DNA from: Croceivirga sp.
GTDB taxonomy: Bacteria > Bacteroidota > Bacteroidia > Flavobacteriales > Flavobacteriaceae
Length of the DNA stretch: 64,000 bases
NCBI GenBank assembly: GCA_028284665.1
Contig: JANQRG010000020.1
Coordinates: 46,186-110,185, forward strand
Direction of reading: 5' to 3'
Shown here one piece after another: positions 27,401 to 36,262 of the stretch (position 1 is its first letter; each line of letters starts with the position of its first letter). Both the position numbers and the translations under genes were made by a program. The notes under the pieces are model-generated. The model worked only from the letters and a program-made list of their open reading frames with translations, was not told the origin of the DNA and searched no databases.

Positions 27401-27962
27401 GTTTTATTTCATCCAGGTTTTCGATCTCATCCTCCAGGTATTCGGCGTATTCCTTAAGCTTTTCCACCGGATAGTCCCCCGTAATGTTAACATTTAAGAT
27501 AGGAAATGATTCAGCCAAATTGAGATCAAAAACATTGGGTTCTACCTTAGCACCATTAAATACCGGCCAGTCCTCACTTGCCTTTTCGGTATCCACCTCA
27601 TCTTTTACATTTTGTTTGGCCGCCTCTACCGTGATGTTTTCATCAAATTCCACCACCACCATGGAGTAATCTTCCTGCGAGGTAGAGGTCATTTCCACAA
27701 AGTTGCTAACGTTCTTCAGGCTTTCCTCCAAAGGGTCTGTGATCAGTCGTTCCATATCCTCGGCGGTGTTCCCAGGGTATATGGTACTCACATAGATCTT
27801 TGTTTCTACTGCTTCCGGGAATTCTTCGCGGGGCATTGAAAAGTATGAGGAAATCCCAATGAACAGGAAAATCCCGATCATTACATAAATGACCGAGGGA
27901 TTATCGATCGCCCAGGAGGAGAGCCTAAATTCTTTGTTGGCGTTCTTTTTAGCTTTTTCCAT
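24462..27962 (-). CDS. Efflux RND transporter permease subunit
   Basis: The 1166-aa protein has a 12-TM, two-large-loop AcrB/CzcA-like layout. Recognisable blocks include LDIKKRSG.N, VDNGVVVVENV and VVNNGVVLLD. Confidence 0.9.
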   Translation of the reverse strand: MEKAKKNANKEFRLSSWAIDNPSVIYVMIGIFLFIGISSYFSMPREEFPEAVETKIYVSTIYPGNTAEDMERLITDPLEESLKNVSNFVEMTSTSQEDYSMVVVEFDENITVEAAKQNVKDEVDTEKASEDWPVFNGAKVEPNVFDLNLAESFPILNVNITGDYPVEKLKEYAEYLEDEIENLDEIKQVDIRGAQEKEVEVAVDINKMMAAKVNFDDVIQAIANGNMTMSAGNLITSGQRRTIRITGEIDEPRELYDFVVKSEDGPVYLKDLAVVSFTEEDKTTYAREMGESVVMLDIKKRSGKNEVQATEKIKAIVAEAQEDYLPENLEISFANDSSSSTLNQVDDLVNNIIFGIILVVTVLMFFLGFRNALFVGFAIPMSMFMSFMILSALGYTLNTMILFGLIMGLGMLVDNGVVVVENVYRLMDKEGMSRKEAAKKGIGEIAIPIIISTATTVAAFVPLGMWPGIMGEFMIYFPITLSVVLGSSLFVAIFMNSMLVSQFMEIGEKELTRKQLIRLTIILGGFGLFIFLFGGPIRGLGTLMIVVAGLFWIYKYFLKKWALYFQKNVLTRFEDLYEKQLKGALKGNNVYWYFGGTVFLLIAAFATFGASVESQRTKMEFFPDNTPKEIYVYIEYPQGTDIEKTNIITKDIEERIYAIVEEEQYFENGENLLLDTGVSQVGKGAENPFTEGGSAAEMPHRGKITLSMQEFKFRKGQDSEQLRFRIQNSLAEVYPGVTISVEKDAVGPPAGYPVNIELVGKNYDTLINVAERMRNYINSKSIDGMEGLKVDVNKGNPGMQVIVDRQKAGELGVSVGQVGQQLRRSLFGDKAGVYKKDGEDYDINVRFNEDLRYNTSALFDQNIIFRDQATGKIKEIPISAVATRKNTSSFNAIKHIDGERVVTVYSALKPGGNAKIIVDQIQKEMEGFKGLSPGVKIDYTGEIEEQDKQQAFLGGAFMSGLGLIMLILVFQFGGVSKPTIIMMAIFLSFIGVFGGLVATGWPFVIMMTMMGIIALAGIVVNNGVVLLDYTQILIDRKKVELDIGDDELLTMKEVTETIIKGGKARLRPVILTAITTVLGLIPLATGLNINFVTLFGRFDPQVYVGGDNVIFWGPLAWTVIFGLIVATFLTLIIVPVLFNIVYRIKIRIKGSHRKKERDEAKMDLAA

Positions 27963-27965
27963 AAT

Positions 27966-29156
27966 TTAGTTTTTGGCGGTGTTTTCACCATTCAACACCT
28001 TTACCTGTTGGTTGTCTCGAACACTTCTTGCCCCTTCCACAATAATGTTATCACCTTCGGAAAGGCCAGAAAGGACCTCAACATAATCCCCTTGTGTTTT
28101 CCCCAATTCTATGATGGTCTTTTTGGAAATGACTTCGGTTTCCGGACCGTTTTCCTTGATCAGATAGACATACTGTTGCCCAGTAGCATTTTCAGAGATG
28201 ACACTTTGAGGGATAAGGATCGCCTCATCATTGCTATAATCATTGATCTTGGCAATGGCAGTAAGATTAGGTTTTATAGCCCCATCTTTGTTGGGAACAG
28301 GGATTTCCACACTAAATGACCGGTTGCCAGGATTGATAAAATGCCCCGTTTGTCTGATTTTTGTCTGCACGCTGGTGCCCAGGACAGGAAAATATACTTC
28401 TACGAGTTTACCTGGTGTTACATTGGCCAGATGCGCTTCCGGAACTTCCACTTGTACATACATGTTGGAAAGATTTACGATCCGGAATACTTCAGATCCT
28501 GGGCCAGGACTTACTACAGTACCCTGATCCTTGATTACATCATCGATAAACCCGGAAAAAGGCGCGCGAATACTGGACTTGGCCACCTGACTTTCCAATT
28601 GATTTACGGCATTTTCCTGAGCTTCATATTGGGCTTTGGCCTGTAAATATTGAATTTCTGAACCAATGCTTTGATCCCAAAGTCGCTTTTGCCGTTCAAA
28701 TGTTGTTTTTGCCAGTGCCGCCTGAGTTTTTAATTGCGCTAACTGACTGGATAGCCCTCCATCATCAATAGAGGCTAGCAATTGCCCTTTAGCTACTCGT
28801 TGTCCCTCCTTGACATATACGCGATATAGTGTCCCGGAGATCTCCGGATAGATCAGTACATTCTGGTCCGTCATAACATCGCCTTGCAATTCCAGATAAT
28901 GCAGAAATTTTTCAGATTTCGCCTGCATCGTGGTAACCAGCGGAAGCTTGGCTGACTTATCCAGGGAAGCAATTGCAGCGTCCAAAAGTGCCACTTCGGC
29001 CTCGACAGCCTTCAGTTCTCCTGTTATTTCCGCGCGTTTGGCACGTATCTTTTCAAGATCATTACTCTCAATAACGGCTTCCACAGAATTTGAGCCCCCG
29101 CCGCCACAGGAGATGATTAGTAATGTGAACAAAAGCAGTGATACTATTTTTTTCAT
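27966..29156 (-). CDS. Efflux RND periplasmic adaptor subunit
   Basis: It has a lipoprotein signal (LLIISC), a coiled-coil hairpin and lipoyl/barrel motifs (G.L..+.V.EG..V.KGQLLA..D). It lies 3 nt upstream of the RND gene. Confidence 0.9.
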   Translation of the reverse strand: MKKIVSLLLFTLLIISCGGGGSNSVEAVIESNDLEKIRAKRAEITGELKAVEAEVALLDAAIASLDKSAKLPLVTTMQAKSEKFLHYLELQGDVMTDQNVLIYPEISGTLYRVYVKEGQRVAKGQLLASIDDGGLSSQLAQLKTQAALAKTTFERQKRLWDQSIGSEIQYLQAKAQYEAQENAVNQLESQVAKSSIRAPFSGFIDDVIKDQGTVVSPGPGSEVFRIVNLSNMYVQVEVPEAHLANVTPGKLVEVYFPVLGTSVQTKIRQTGHFINPGNRSFSVEIPVPNKDGAIKPNLTAIAKINDYSNDEAILIPQSVISENATGQQYVYLIKENGPETEVISKKTIIELGKTQGDYVEVLSGLSEGDNIIVEGARSVRDNQQVKVLNGENTAKN

Positions 29157-29177
29157 TTTTTGATTTGTTTCTTTTGA

Positions 29178-30512
29178 TTACTGATTTAATATGTTTTCCA
29201 ATTCGGTCTTACGGTTAATAACATCCACCATGGATTCCAAATAGATACGTTGTGCATCATAAAGTTGCACCTGGGCTTGCCTTAATTCAAAACTGGTAGC
29301 TAAGCCTTCAAAATATTTTACCTGGTTTTTTCCCTCAATGCTTTCCGCCAGTTTCAAATTGTCTTTTGAGGTCTGATATTCTTCAATAGCAAAAATGTAA
29401 TCGCTTTTAGCATTTTCCAGTTGTAAGCGGATTTGCTCTTCCGCTTCTGTCAATTGGGTTTTTGCCTTTTCATAGGCAATCTTCGCCCTTTGGGTACTGG
29501 CTGATCTGCCCAAAGAACTAAAAATGGGAATATTGAGGTCCACGCCAAAGGTGGAAAACTCAAACCACTGTTGCCCTTGATCTAAAAAATTGAAACGATC
29601 ACTAAAGGAGTTCCCGCCGTAGTTGATAAAAGCATTTAGTGTAGGTAGCGCCCGGCTTTTGGCTAATTTGAGCTCATAGTACCGCTGCTCATTTAGGTTA
29701 TAGACCAGCTTATAGTCTACATTGTTCTCCATATTCAATTCGTATTCCAACAAAGCATAATCAATTTTCCGCTGGGTAAGATCATCCAGGTTTTCTGTGA
29801 GCTCTGTAGGATTTTCCAGGGATATTCCCATCATCAGATTGAGCATTTGCAGGGTGATTTTTTCCAGTCGTTTTGCATTTTTTAACTGGTTCTCTGTGGA
29901 AGACAATGTAATCTGTAACTGATCCACACTTTCCTCATCGCCCAAACCATTTTCATAGATCTTTTTGGTTTCGTAGAGGTTTTTTTCCAAAGTAGCCTTG
30001 TTATTTTCTAATATGGACACACTTTCCTCCGCCAATAACACATTGCCATAAGCTTCTACCACCGATTTGCGCACATCCTGATCCGTTTTTTCCTTGTTGT
30101 TCTTACTATAATCTAAAAAGGCCCTGGTTGCCTGTACTCCTACGATATAGGAGCCATCAAAGATCTGTTGGGTAAGGGTTGCTGATGCGATAGCGGTTTG
30201 AGGTTGACCGAAGGCTACTTCTACAAAGCCACCTGGTTCAGCACCTGGAATAAAATCACTTGGAATTTGCGCCAATTGCTGAATGATCTGATTTTGATAG
30301 GTTACCGCACCACTTATTTGAGGAAGTCCGGTAGCTATGGTTTCCCATTTTTGTTTCTGAGCATCCACCATATCCCTGCTGGCGTTTATAGCCTGATAGT
30401 TATGTTCTAAGGCATAAGCAATCGCCTCTTCTAAACTAAAAAGGGTTTTTTGTTCCTGGGATACCAGCACTATAGGGATTGTAAAAAAGAGTGCTAAAAT
30501 GAAAGTTCGCAT
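29178..30512 (-). CDS. TolC family outer-membrane efflux protein
   Basis: The 444-aa protein has a signal peptide and the duplicated OEP helical-repeat pattern (LSLEEAIAYALEHN, LP.+.....Y). Confidence 0.9.
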   Translation of the reverse strand: MRTFILALFFTIPIVLVSQEQKTLFSLEEAIAYALEHNYQAINASRDMVDAQKQKWETIATGLPQISGAVTYQNQIIQQLAQIPSDFIPGAEPGGFVEVAFGQPQTAIASATLTQQIFDGSYIVGVQATRAFLDYSKNNKEKTDQDVRKSVVEAYGNVLLAEESVSILENNKATLEKNLYETKKIYENGLGDEESVDQLQITLSSTENQLKNAKRLEKITLQMLNLMMGISLENPTELTENLDDLTQRKIDYALLEYELNMENNVDYKLVYNLNEQRYYELKLAKSRALPTLNAFINYGGNSFSDRFNFLDQGQQWFEFSTFGVDLNIPIFSSLGRSASTQRAKIAYEKAKTQLTEAEEQIRLQLENAKSDYIFAIEEYQTSKDNLKLAESIEGKNQVKYFEGLATSFELRQAQVQLYDAQRIYLESMVDVINRKTELENILNQ

Positions 30513-31118
30513 TTATTCTTGATTTGAATTGATGATTTCGTTTAATATTTTTCGTCCTTTTGGCGTTACAATGCCTCTCAGATGATATTCCAGATAGTAA
30601 TCCTGTAATTCGGGTTTTGTAAACATATCTACAGGAAAAAGATCATGATCGCCAAGGCTAACGGCACAGGTAAAATAAATCCGGGCCACAAATTGTACAT
30701 TCAGATTTTCCCTGTAAATGCCCAAGGCCATCCCGCGTTCTATGTTTTCCACAACGCAGTCGTGCATCATTTCAAATTCCTTGTTTTTTAAGGTTTCACA
30801 AATCCGAGGATAATATTTTTGTAACTGGTATTGCGGAGACGTCTTTTCATCCTTTAGATAGACCATTGCAAACTTTTTAATTTCGTACAGCTCTTCTATG
30901 GGATTCTTCTTTAGCGCAATAATGGCATCGATACCTCTGGAGATATGTTTAATAACATAAGATGTGGTTTCTTCTACCAATTTTGCTTTGTTTGGAAAGT
31001 GCGTGTAGATGGTCTTTTTGGATATGCCCATTTCCTGCGCCAGGTCGTCCATGGTGACACTTTTAAAACCAAGCTCTAAAAACATATCCGTTGCCTTATG
31101 GAGAATACTTTCTTTCAT
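30513..31118 (-). CDS. TetR/AcrR family transcriptional regulator
   Basis: The N-terminal HTH is F.ELGFKSVTMDDLAQEMGISKKTIY.HF.NK. It abuts the TolC gene with no gap. I preferred ATG 31118 to the TTG at 31130. Confidence 0.85.
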   Translation of the reverse strand: MKESILHKATDMFLELGFKSVTMDDLAQEMGISKKTIYTHFPNKAKLVEETTSYVIKHISRGIDAIIALKKNPIEELYEIKKFAMVYLKDEKTSPQYQLQKYYPRICETLKNKEFEMMHDCVVENIERGMALGIYRENLNVQFVARIYFTCAVSLGDHDLFPVDMFTKPELQDYYLEYHLRGIVTPKGRKILNEIINSNQE

Positions 31119-31137
31119 AACGAGCGGCAAATGTAAA

Positions 31138-31169
31138 CTGGAAACTTAAAAAACAAAAAAAGTTTCCAG
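31138..31169. promoter_or_regulatory. Perfect 9-bp inverted repeat upstream of the tetR-led efflux operon (operator or upstream-gene terminator)
   Basis: CTGGAAACT-N14(A-rich)-AGTTTCCAG. The outer imperfect arms ATGTAAA / TTTACAT extend it to 31131-31179. A TACATTTG -7-like box on the minus strand at 31128-31135 abuts it. Confidence 0.45.
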
Positions 31170-31315
31170 AGTTTTACATTTTTTTAACCTACTCCTGATC
31201 TTTCACCAAACTTGCCCTGAAAAGACGAAAGAAAAGAATGTGATTGGACCGAGTTGTGGATTTTTTTCCTGAAACGCTGAAAAAACCCTTGAATTGTTCG
31301 CCACGTTCATCAGTA

Positions 31316-31747
31316 TCAGGAGGTCTTTTCTTCTGCTTCATCACCTTTTATTTTGTCTACATAGTTCTTAAATGCCTGTTCCCCTTCTGTTTTCCAGAAC
31401 TGGTCATACAGTTTCCAATCCTCAAAATCCCTGCGGAGGCCACCACATTTTTCTTTGGAAAAACGTTGCTTAAAATGCCGCTTTTTACCGCCTTTGCTGG
31501 GACCGCCATTCCCAAAACCAAAAAATAGTTTAGCCAGGAAAAGTAGTCCTACTGCTTGCCAGTAGCTTAGGAAGGGTAATCCAAATACCTCAGGCATCAG
31601 CCAATTCCACAACCACATCACCACATAGCCTACCAGGAGGGAGACCAAAATGATAAATACAATGAAAAAGAGAATCTTGAATCCGGATTTGATATAGTGT
31701 TCGACGGTTTTCTCCATTTTTCTCCTGGGATTTATATCCTGTTCCAT
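31316..31747 (-). CDS. Small two-TM membrane protein with basic cytoplasmic tail (possible anti-sigma partner)
   Basis: This 143-aa ORF lies 12 nt downstream of the ECF sigma gene. It has two hydrophobic helices followed by GGPSKGGKKRHFKQRF... I recognise no known anti-sigma motif. Confidence 0.55.
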   Translation of the reverse strand: MEQDINPRRKMEKTVEHYIKSGFKILFFIVFIILVSLLVGYVVMWLWNWLMPEVFGLPFLSYWQAVGLLFLAKLFFGFGNGGPSKGGKKRHFKQRFSKEKCGGLRRDFEDWKLYDQFWKTEGEQAFKNYVDKIKGDEAEEKTS

Positions 31748-31759
31748 ACTTCTTATATT

Positions 31760-32287
31760 TTATATGTTATTCAATTCCAATTTTTTTGCTAATACGGATA
31801 GCGCCCGATGTCTTCTCGACATTAAAGTACCTATGGAAATACCAGTTTGCTCAGAGATTTCCCGGTAGGTATAGCCTTCAAAATCTATCGCCACAACGAT
31901 ATCACGATATACCGGCTTAAGTCCTGCTATTGCTCCTTTTAGCCTACTTATGAGTTGATCCGGATAATCATACCCTGAGGTGCCATAGAAATTTTCTGCA
32001 AATTCTGACCAAAGATCTTCAACCTCCTCTGTTTCATAGTTCACTTTTCTTGTTCGCATTACGTCTATTATTTTGTTCCTTAAGGAACGATATACAAAAG
32101 CGGCTATGTTATCAATGGGGGAAGGACTTTTCCTGGAAAACAGCTTTAAAGCTACCTCCTGAACAATGTCTTCGGCATCACCTTCAATGGTTCCCCCAAT
32201 CCTGGACCGCACATATCCATTCAGGTTCTGGTATTCCTGGGTAAAAAAATCTGTAAGTTGTTTATTGTTTTCCTTTTCTGCCGCCAT
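31760..32287 (-). CDS. RNA polymerase ECF-type sigma-70 family factor
   Basis: Region 2 reads DAEDIVQEVALKLF and the region 4 HTH reads YREISEQTGISIGTLMSRRHRA. The protein is 175 aa. Confidence 0.85.
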   Translation of the reverse strand: MAAEKENNKQLTDFFTQEYQNLNGYVRSRIGGTIEGDAEDIVQEVALKLFSRKSPSPIDNIAAFVYRSLRNKIIDVMRTRKVNYETEEVEDLWSEFAENFYGTSGYDYPDQLISRLKGAIAGLKPVYRDIVVAIDFEGYTYREISEQTGISIGTLMSRRHRALSVLAKKLELNNI

Positions 32288-32424
32288 TTCATCGCTTTAC
32301 GCCAGGTTGCATTTACAAAGACGAAAGCTTTTCAACCTATTGCATTTTTTTAAAAAAAAGTACTCATTTGACGTAGGATCCTGCCATTTGTAACAATGGA
32401 TGTATTTTTAACCAAAATTGAGCT

Positions 32425-33399
32425 ATGCAATCCCTGGAATTTTATCGTAACGAGTTCTTGAAGTACCTGGAAACGAATATCAGGCAGAGAGAACCCCGGA
32501 ACTTGTATGATCCCATTTCCTATATTTTGCACCTGGGAGGGAAACGACTGCGGCCGATACTGGTCTTGATCAGTGCCGAGCTTTTTGGCGCCGATTATAA
32601 AAAAGCACTGGATGCGGCTATGGCTATTGAGGTATTCCATAATTTCTCCCTGGTGCATGACGATATTATGGACGAAGCACCTTTACGCAGGGGAAAACCG
32701 TCTGTACATAAAAAATGGGATGTGAATACCGGGATTCTTTCCGGAGATGCCATGCTCATAGCTTCCTACCAATTTTTGGAGTCTTACGATGGGATGCTGT
32801 TACCACAACTGTTTGAGTTGTTCAACACAACGGCTATTGGCGTTTGCGAAGGACAGCAATTTGACATTGATTTTGAAACCCGCAAGGACGTCCAGGTGGC
32901 GGAGTACTTACGGATGATAGAATTGAAGACTTCCATTTTAATTGCAGCGGCGCTAAAAATGGGAGGTATCATTGCCCAAACCACTGCTGAAAACCAAAAA
33001 TTGATCTACGAATTTGGACGAAACCTGGGGATCGCCTTTCAACTTCAAGATGATTATTTGGATGCTTTTGGGGACCCGGAAACCTTTGGGAAGCAGGTAG
33101 GAGGGGACATTCTTGAAAATAAAAAGACATTTCTCTACCTGAAGGCGTTGGAATTGACTTCGGTAAAAGATCGCGAAACCTTATGGACGCTATACCATAC
33201 TAAAAATAAAGCACCTGAGGACAAAGTAAATACAGTAAAAGCAATTTTTACCGCCAGCGGGGCTAAGGAACTCATCTTGCAAGAGGTAAAAAAATATACG
33301 GATTTGGCTTTTGGATGTCTTAAGAACATTGAAGCCCCCGAGGAAAAAAAGCAAATACTTTATGATTTTGGAAGGTCGCTATTACACCGGTCGCGTTAA
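32425..33399 (+). CDS. Polyprenyl (geranylgeranyl/longer) diphosphate synthase
   Basis: The first aspartate-rich motif is LVHDDIMDE and the second is LQDDYLDAFG, with GKRLRP also present. The protein is 324 aa. Confidence 0.9.
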   Translation: MQSLEFYRNEFLKYLETNIRQREPRNLYDPISYILHLGGKRLRPILVLISAELFGADYKKALDAAMAIEVFHNFSLVHDDIMDEAPLRRGKPSVHKKWDVNTGILSGDAMLIASYQFLESYDGMLLPQLFELFNTTAIGVCEGQQFDIDFETRKDVQVAEYLRMIELKTSILIAAALKMGGIIAQTTAENQKLIYEFGRNLGIAFQLQDDYLDAFGDPETFGKQVGGDILENKKTFLYLKALELTSVKDRETLWTLYHTKNKAPEDKVNTVKAIFTASGAKELILQEVKKYTDLAFGCLKNIEAPEEKKQILYDFGRSLLHRSR

Positions 33400-34538
33400 A
33401 CAAGCCGCCCCGTCAGCGCTTTTATAAAAGGCCAGGGTTTGGGGGCTGCCATGATATACAAATCTTCCAAAAGTGTAGTTTCCTCATCCAAAAATTTGAA
33501 GATAAGTTGCGGTTTTCTACGTTTAAATAGGGATTCGAAAATTCCGCTACCAAGCTGATTGTGCTTGTGCAGGATGTCTAACAGTAACAAGTCGTAAAAC
33601 CAAAACCGGGTCTTCGGGTTAAATGTTTTCAAGGGTCTTCCTTTTTTTATATGTGCTACCAATTGTGGCACCTTTTTCACCGAATTGTAAAAGGTGTAGC
33701 CCGTACTGGCTTTGGCCCACCCTCCGGCAATACCGATACGGAGCAGTTGATCCGTATTATCTTTTGAAAAATCGTGGCAGGTCATTGGAATATTGCCGTG
33801 TTCGGTCTCCGTTATGGCATACTCCGTAACTCCAAGTTTGGTGGAGAGGTACTCACGGATGGCCGTCTCATACTCCGATTTTTCCAAAGGCATTTCTGAA
33901 AAAAGGGTGTATTCCACCAATGCTTCCGTAGCTGAAAAGGGCAACACATACATAAAACGGGTATTCCCTTGCTGAGCAATTGAAAAGTCCATGAAAGTAG
34001 CTACATCTGGACTAAAAACAGACTGGTCTGTCTTAACAAACCATCCCAAAAAATGTTGTTGTAGTACGGGGTATTGGGATTGTTCTTTAATTCTTTTGTA
34101 GTCAAATCTGCTATCAAATAGCTGTCGGCCATTATAGGTGTTTTTTTCACCGACTACCACGATTTGTTGCCCCGAATCTTGAATGGTAGCTATGCTGTCA
34201 TTGACAAAATCGACATTAGGATAACGATCTATTTGGGTTAAATAGTATTCATAAAAATCAATACCCCGCAACATTTTATAGCGATACGGTTCGATTTCCG
34301 GGGTGATGTCTATTGCTTCTCCAGCGAAATGAATTTTGGGCCAAGTTTTATAAAGAATATGGTCAAATGGTCCTTCGCCTTTTTCCCAAAAGCACCAGGT
34401 ACGGTCATTTTGTTGTTTCGTACTCTTATCAAGTAATAGGATGCTTTTGTTTTTGAAAAAAGGATCAGTACCTAAATGATATCCCAAAAGTAATCCTGAT
34501 GCTCCGGCACCAATTATGATGTAATCGTAATTGGACAT
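33396..34538 (-). CDS. crtY: Lycopene cyclase family protein (CrtY-type)
   Basis: It has the N-terminal FAD fold YDYIIIGAGASGL, a length of 380 aa, and FLGW / IG.AGG..K.STGY blocks typical of bacterial lycopene beta-cyclases. Confidence 0.7.
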   Translation of the reverse strand: MSNYDYIIIGAGASGLLLGYHLGTDPFFKNKSILLLDKSTKQQNDRTWCFWEKGEGPFDHILYKTWPKIHFAGEAIDITPEIEPYRYKMLRGIDFYEYYLTQIDRYPNVDFVNDSIATIQDSGQQIVVVGEKNTYNGRQLFDSRFDYKRIKEQSQYPVLQQHFLGWFVKTDQSVFSPDVATFMDFSIAQQGNTRFMYVLPFSATEALVEYTLFSEMPLEKSEYETAIREYLSTKLGVTEYAITETEHGNIPMTCHDFSKDNTDQLLRIGIAGGWAKASTGYTFYNSVKKVPQLVAHIKKGRPLKTFNPKTRFWFYDLLLLDILHKHNQLGSGIFESLFKRRKPQLIFKFLDEETTLLEDLYIMAAPKPWPFIKALTGRLV

Positions 34539-34693
34539 TGCTCAAAGATAATCATTTCGTAAGGGGTATGGCCACTACTAGAGGGCATTGTTTGGACGGC
34601 CAATGCAACGGGTTTTGGTTTTCAGAATGTTCAGTATTAGGGTGTAAACAAAATAATCCTTATTTTATTTATTGTCTCCAAAACACAGTTGTT

Positions 34694-36244
34694 ATGTCCA
34701 AGAAAAACTACTGGCTCTTTTCCCTGGTATTGGTAGGATTCTACGCCTGTTCCGATGATGAAACCCCGGAAACTCCGGGACCCTTCCAGGAATCTGAAGT
34801 AGTAGCCGCTATCGGAGTGCAGCTCAACCCGACAGGTTACGCCCCATTGACCGCACAAGTAAGTTTGCAAACCAATCAGGAGGTGACCGTGGAGGTGGTT
34901 GTTGTGGGCAAAAACGGGAATGCCTCCAATGTAGTACAGCGGTTTGAAGAGCCGGGCAACGATTTTGAACTGGGCATAGTAGGCCTGTATCCAGACTATG
35001 AGAATGAGTTGGCCTTTACTTTTTTTGATACCTCAGGCCAGGTTTTGGAAACGGAATCCATTCCTGTTCAAACGGCACGGGCAATTAATGATATGCCCAG
35101 GATTACTATAGATCAACCTTCCAACACTTCAGAACCACAGCTTAATTTGGTAAACTATTTTGGGTTTAATCGAAATTTCAGGCCACAACGCCCCTTTATT
35201 TTTGACCAGTTTGGCGATATCCGTTGGTATCTCGATTTCTCATTGCATCCCATGCTTTTCGACTTGTTTTATGACAATGGCATGACCCAGTTGCAAAACG
35301 GGAACCTCTTATTCGGAGATGGTCGCACACAAAGTATTTACGAAGTCGATTTTTTCGGAAGGATTATCAATTCCTGGGACTTACAAGGCAATGGTTTCCA
35401 TCATCACGTTATTGAGAAGCCAGACGGAAATCTGTTAGTGACCATCAACGACGCTACAAAACCCACGGTGGAAGATGTAATAATTGAAATTGACCGAAGT
35501 TCCGGGCAGTTCACGACTGTTTGGGATTTAAATGAATCTCTTGATAACTCCAGACGGGCATGGCCTACCGATTTGGCCGATCTTGATGTCGACTGGTTTC
35601 ATGCCAACTCCATAGAATACAGTGCCCAGGACGATGAAATCATTGTTTCAGGAAGAACCCAGGGGATTGTAAAATTGAATAGGGAGAACGAAGTTAGCTA
35701 CATTCTGGCGCCCCACAGAGCATGGGGGACAGCCGGGAACGGCGCCGACCTTTCCCAATTCTTACTGACACCACTTGATGCCCAGGGACAGGAGATCACC
35801 GACCCCGATGTCCTGGATGGTAGGGTGAATCATCCAGATTTTGAATGGTCCTGGTACCAACATTCCCCCATATTGATGCCCAATGGTAATTTAATGGTTT
35901 TTGACAACGGGGACAATCGGAATTACATCAATTTTGGCCCCTATAGTCGTGCAGTAGAATACAAGATTGATGAAGAAAACAAGACCATACAACAGGTGTG
36001 GTCCTATGGAAAGGAAAGGGGAGAGGAGACCTATTCCAGGATTGTTTCAAAAGTGAGTTATGTACCGGACAATAATTCGGTTTTGTTCACTCCGGGATCC
36101 TCTGTAAGCTCCGGCTTCCCTTCCGGAAAAGTAGTTGAGGTGGATTATGACACCGAACAGGTAATTTTTGAGGCAACGATTATTCCGCCAAATACTGTTT
36201 TCAATATTAGTTTTCATAACGTATTGCGAATTTCCTCTTTTTAA
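34694..36244 (+). CDS. Arylsulfotransferase (ASST) family lipoprotein
   Basis: ATG 34694 gives MSKKNYWLFSLVLVGFYAC. The downstream blocks HHH.IEKPDGNLLV, DWFHANSIEY and W.QHSP..MPNGNLMVFDNGDNR fit the ASST beta-propeller family. The 34538 ORF-track start adds 52 non-signal residues. Confidence 0.7.
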   Translation: MSKKNYWLFSLVLVGFYACSDDETPETPGPFQESEVVAAIGVQLNPTGYAPLTAQVSLQTNQEVTVEVVVVGKNGNASNVVQRFEEPGNDFELGIVGLYPDYENELAFTFFDTSGQVLETESIPVQTARAINDMPRITIDQPSNTSEPQLNLVNYFGFNRNFRPQRPFIFDQFGDIRWYLDFSLHPMLFDLFYDNGMTQLQNGNLLFGDGRTQSIYEVDFFGRIINSWDLQGNGFHHHVIEKPDGNLLVTINDATKPTVEDVIIEIDRSSGQFTTVWDLNESLDNSRRAWPTDLADLDVDWFHANSIEYSAQDDEIIVSGRTQGIVKLNRENEVSYILAPHRAWGTAGNGADLSQFLLTPLDAQGQEITDPDVLDGRVNHPDFEWSWYQHSPILMPNGNLMVFDNGDNRNYINFGPYSRAVEYKIDEENKTIQQVWSYGKERGEETYSRIVSKVSYVPDNNSVLFTPGSSVSSGFPSGKVVEVDYDTEQVIFEATIIPPNTVFNISFHNVLRISSF

Positions 36245-36262
36245 ACTGAAAGGGAAAGGCTA

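Noticed and set aside
34538-34693. N-terminal extensions proposed by the ORF track for the ASST gene at 34538. The same issue arises at 42031 (serine hydrolase), 62615 (fusion hydrolase), 39178 (TonB receptor), 58451 (MFS), 875 (second DUF1080), 17246 (exported protein) and 12875 (dxs).
   Set aside because: In each case an internal ATG or GTG immediately precedes a textbook signal or lipoprotein peptide, or the conserved N-terminus. The extension also either overlaps the neighbouring gene or covers a -7 promoter box.
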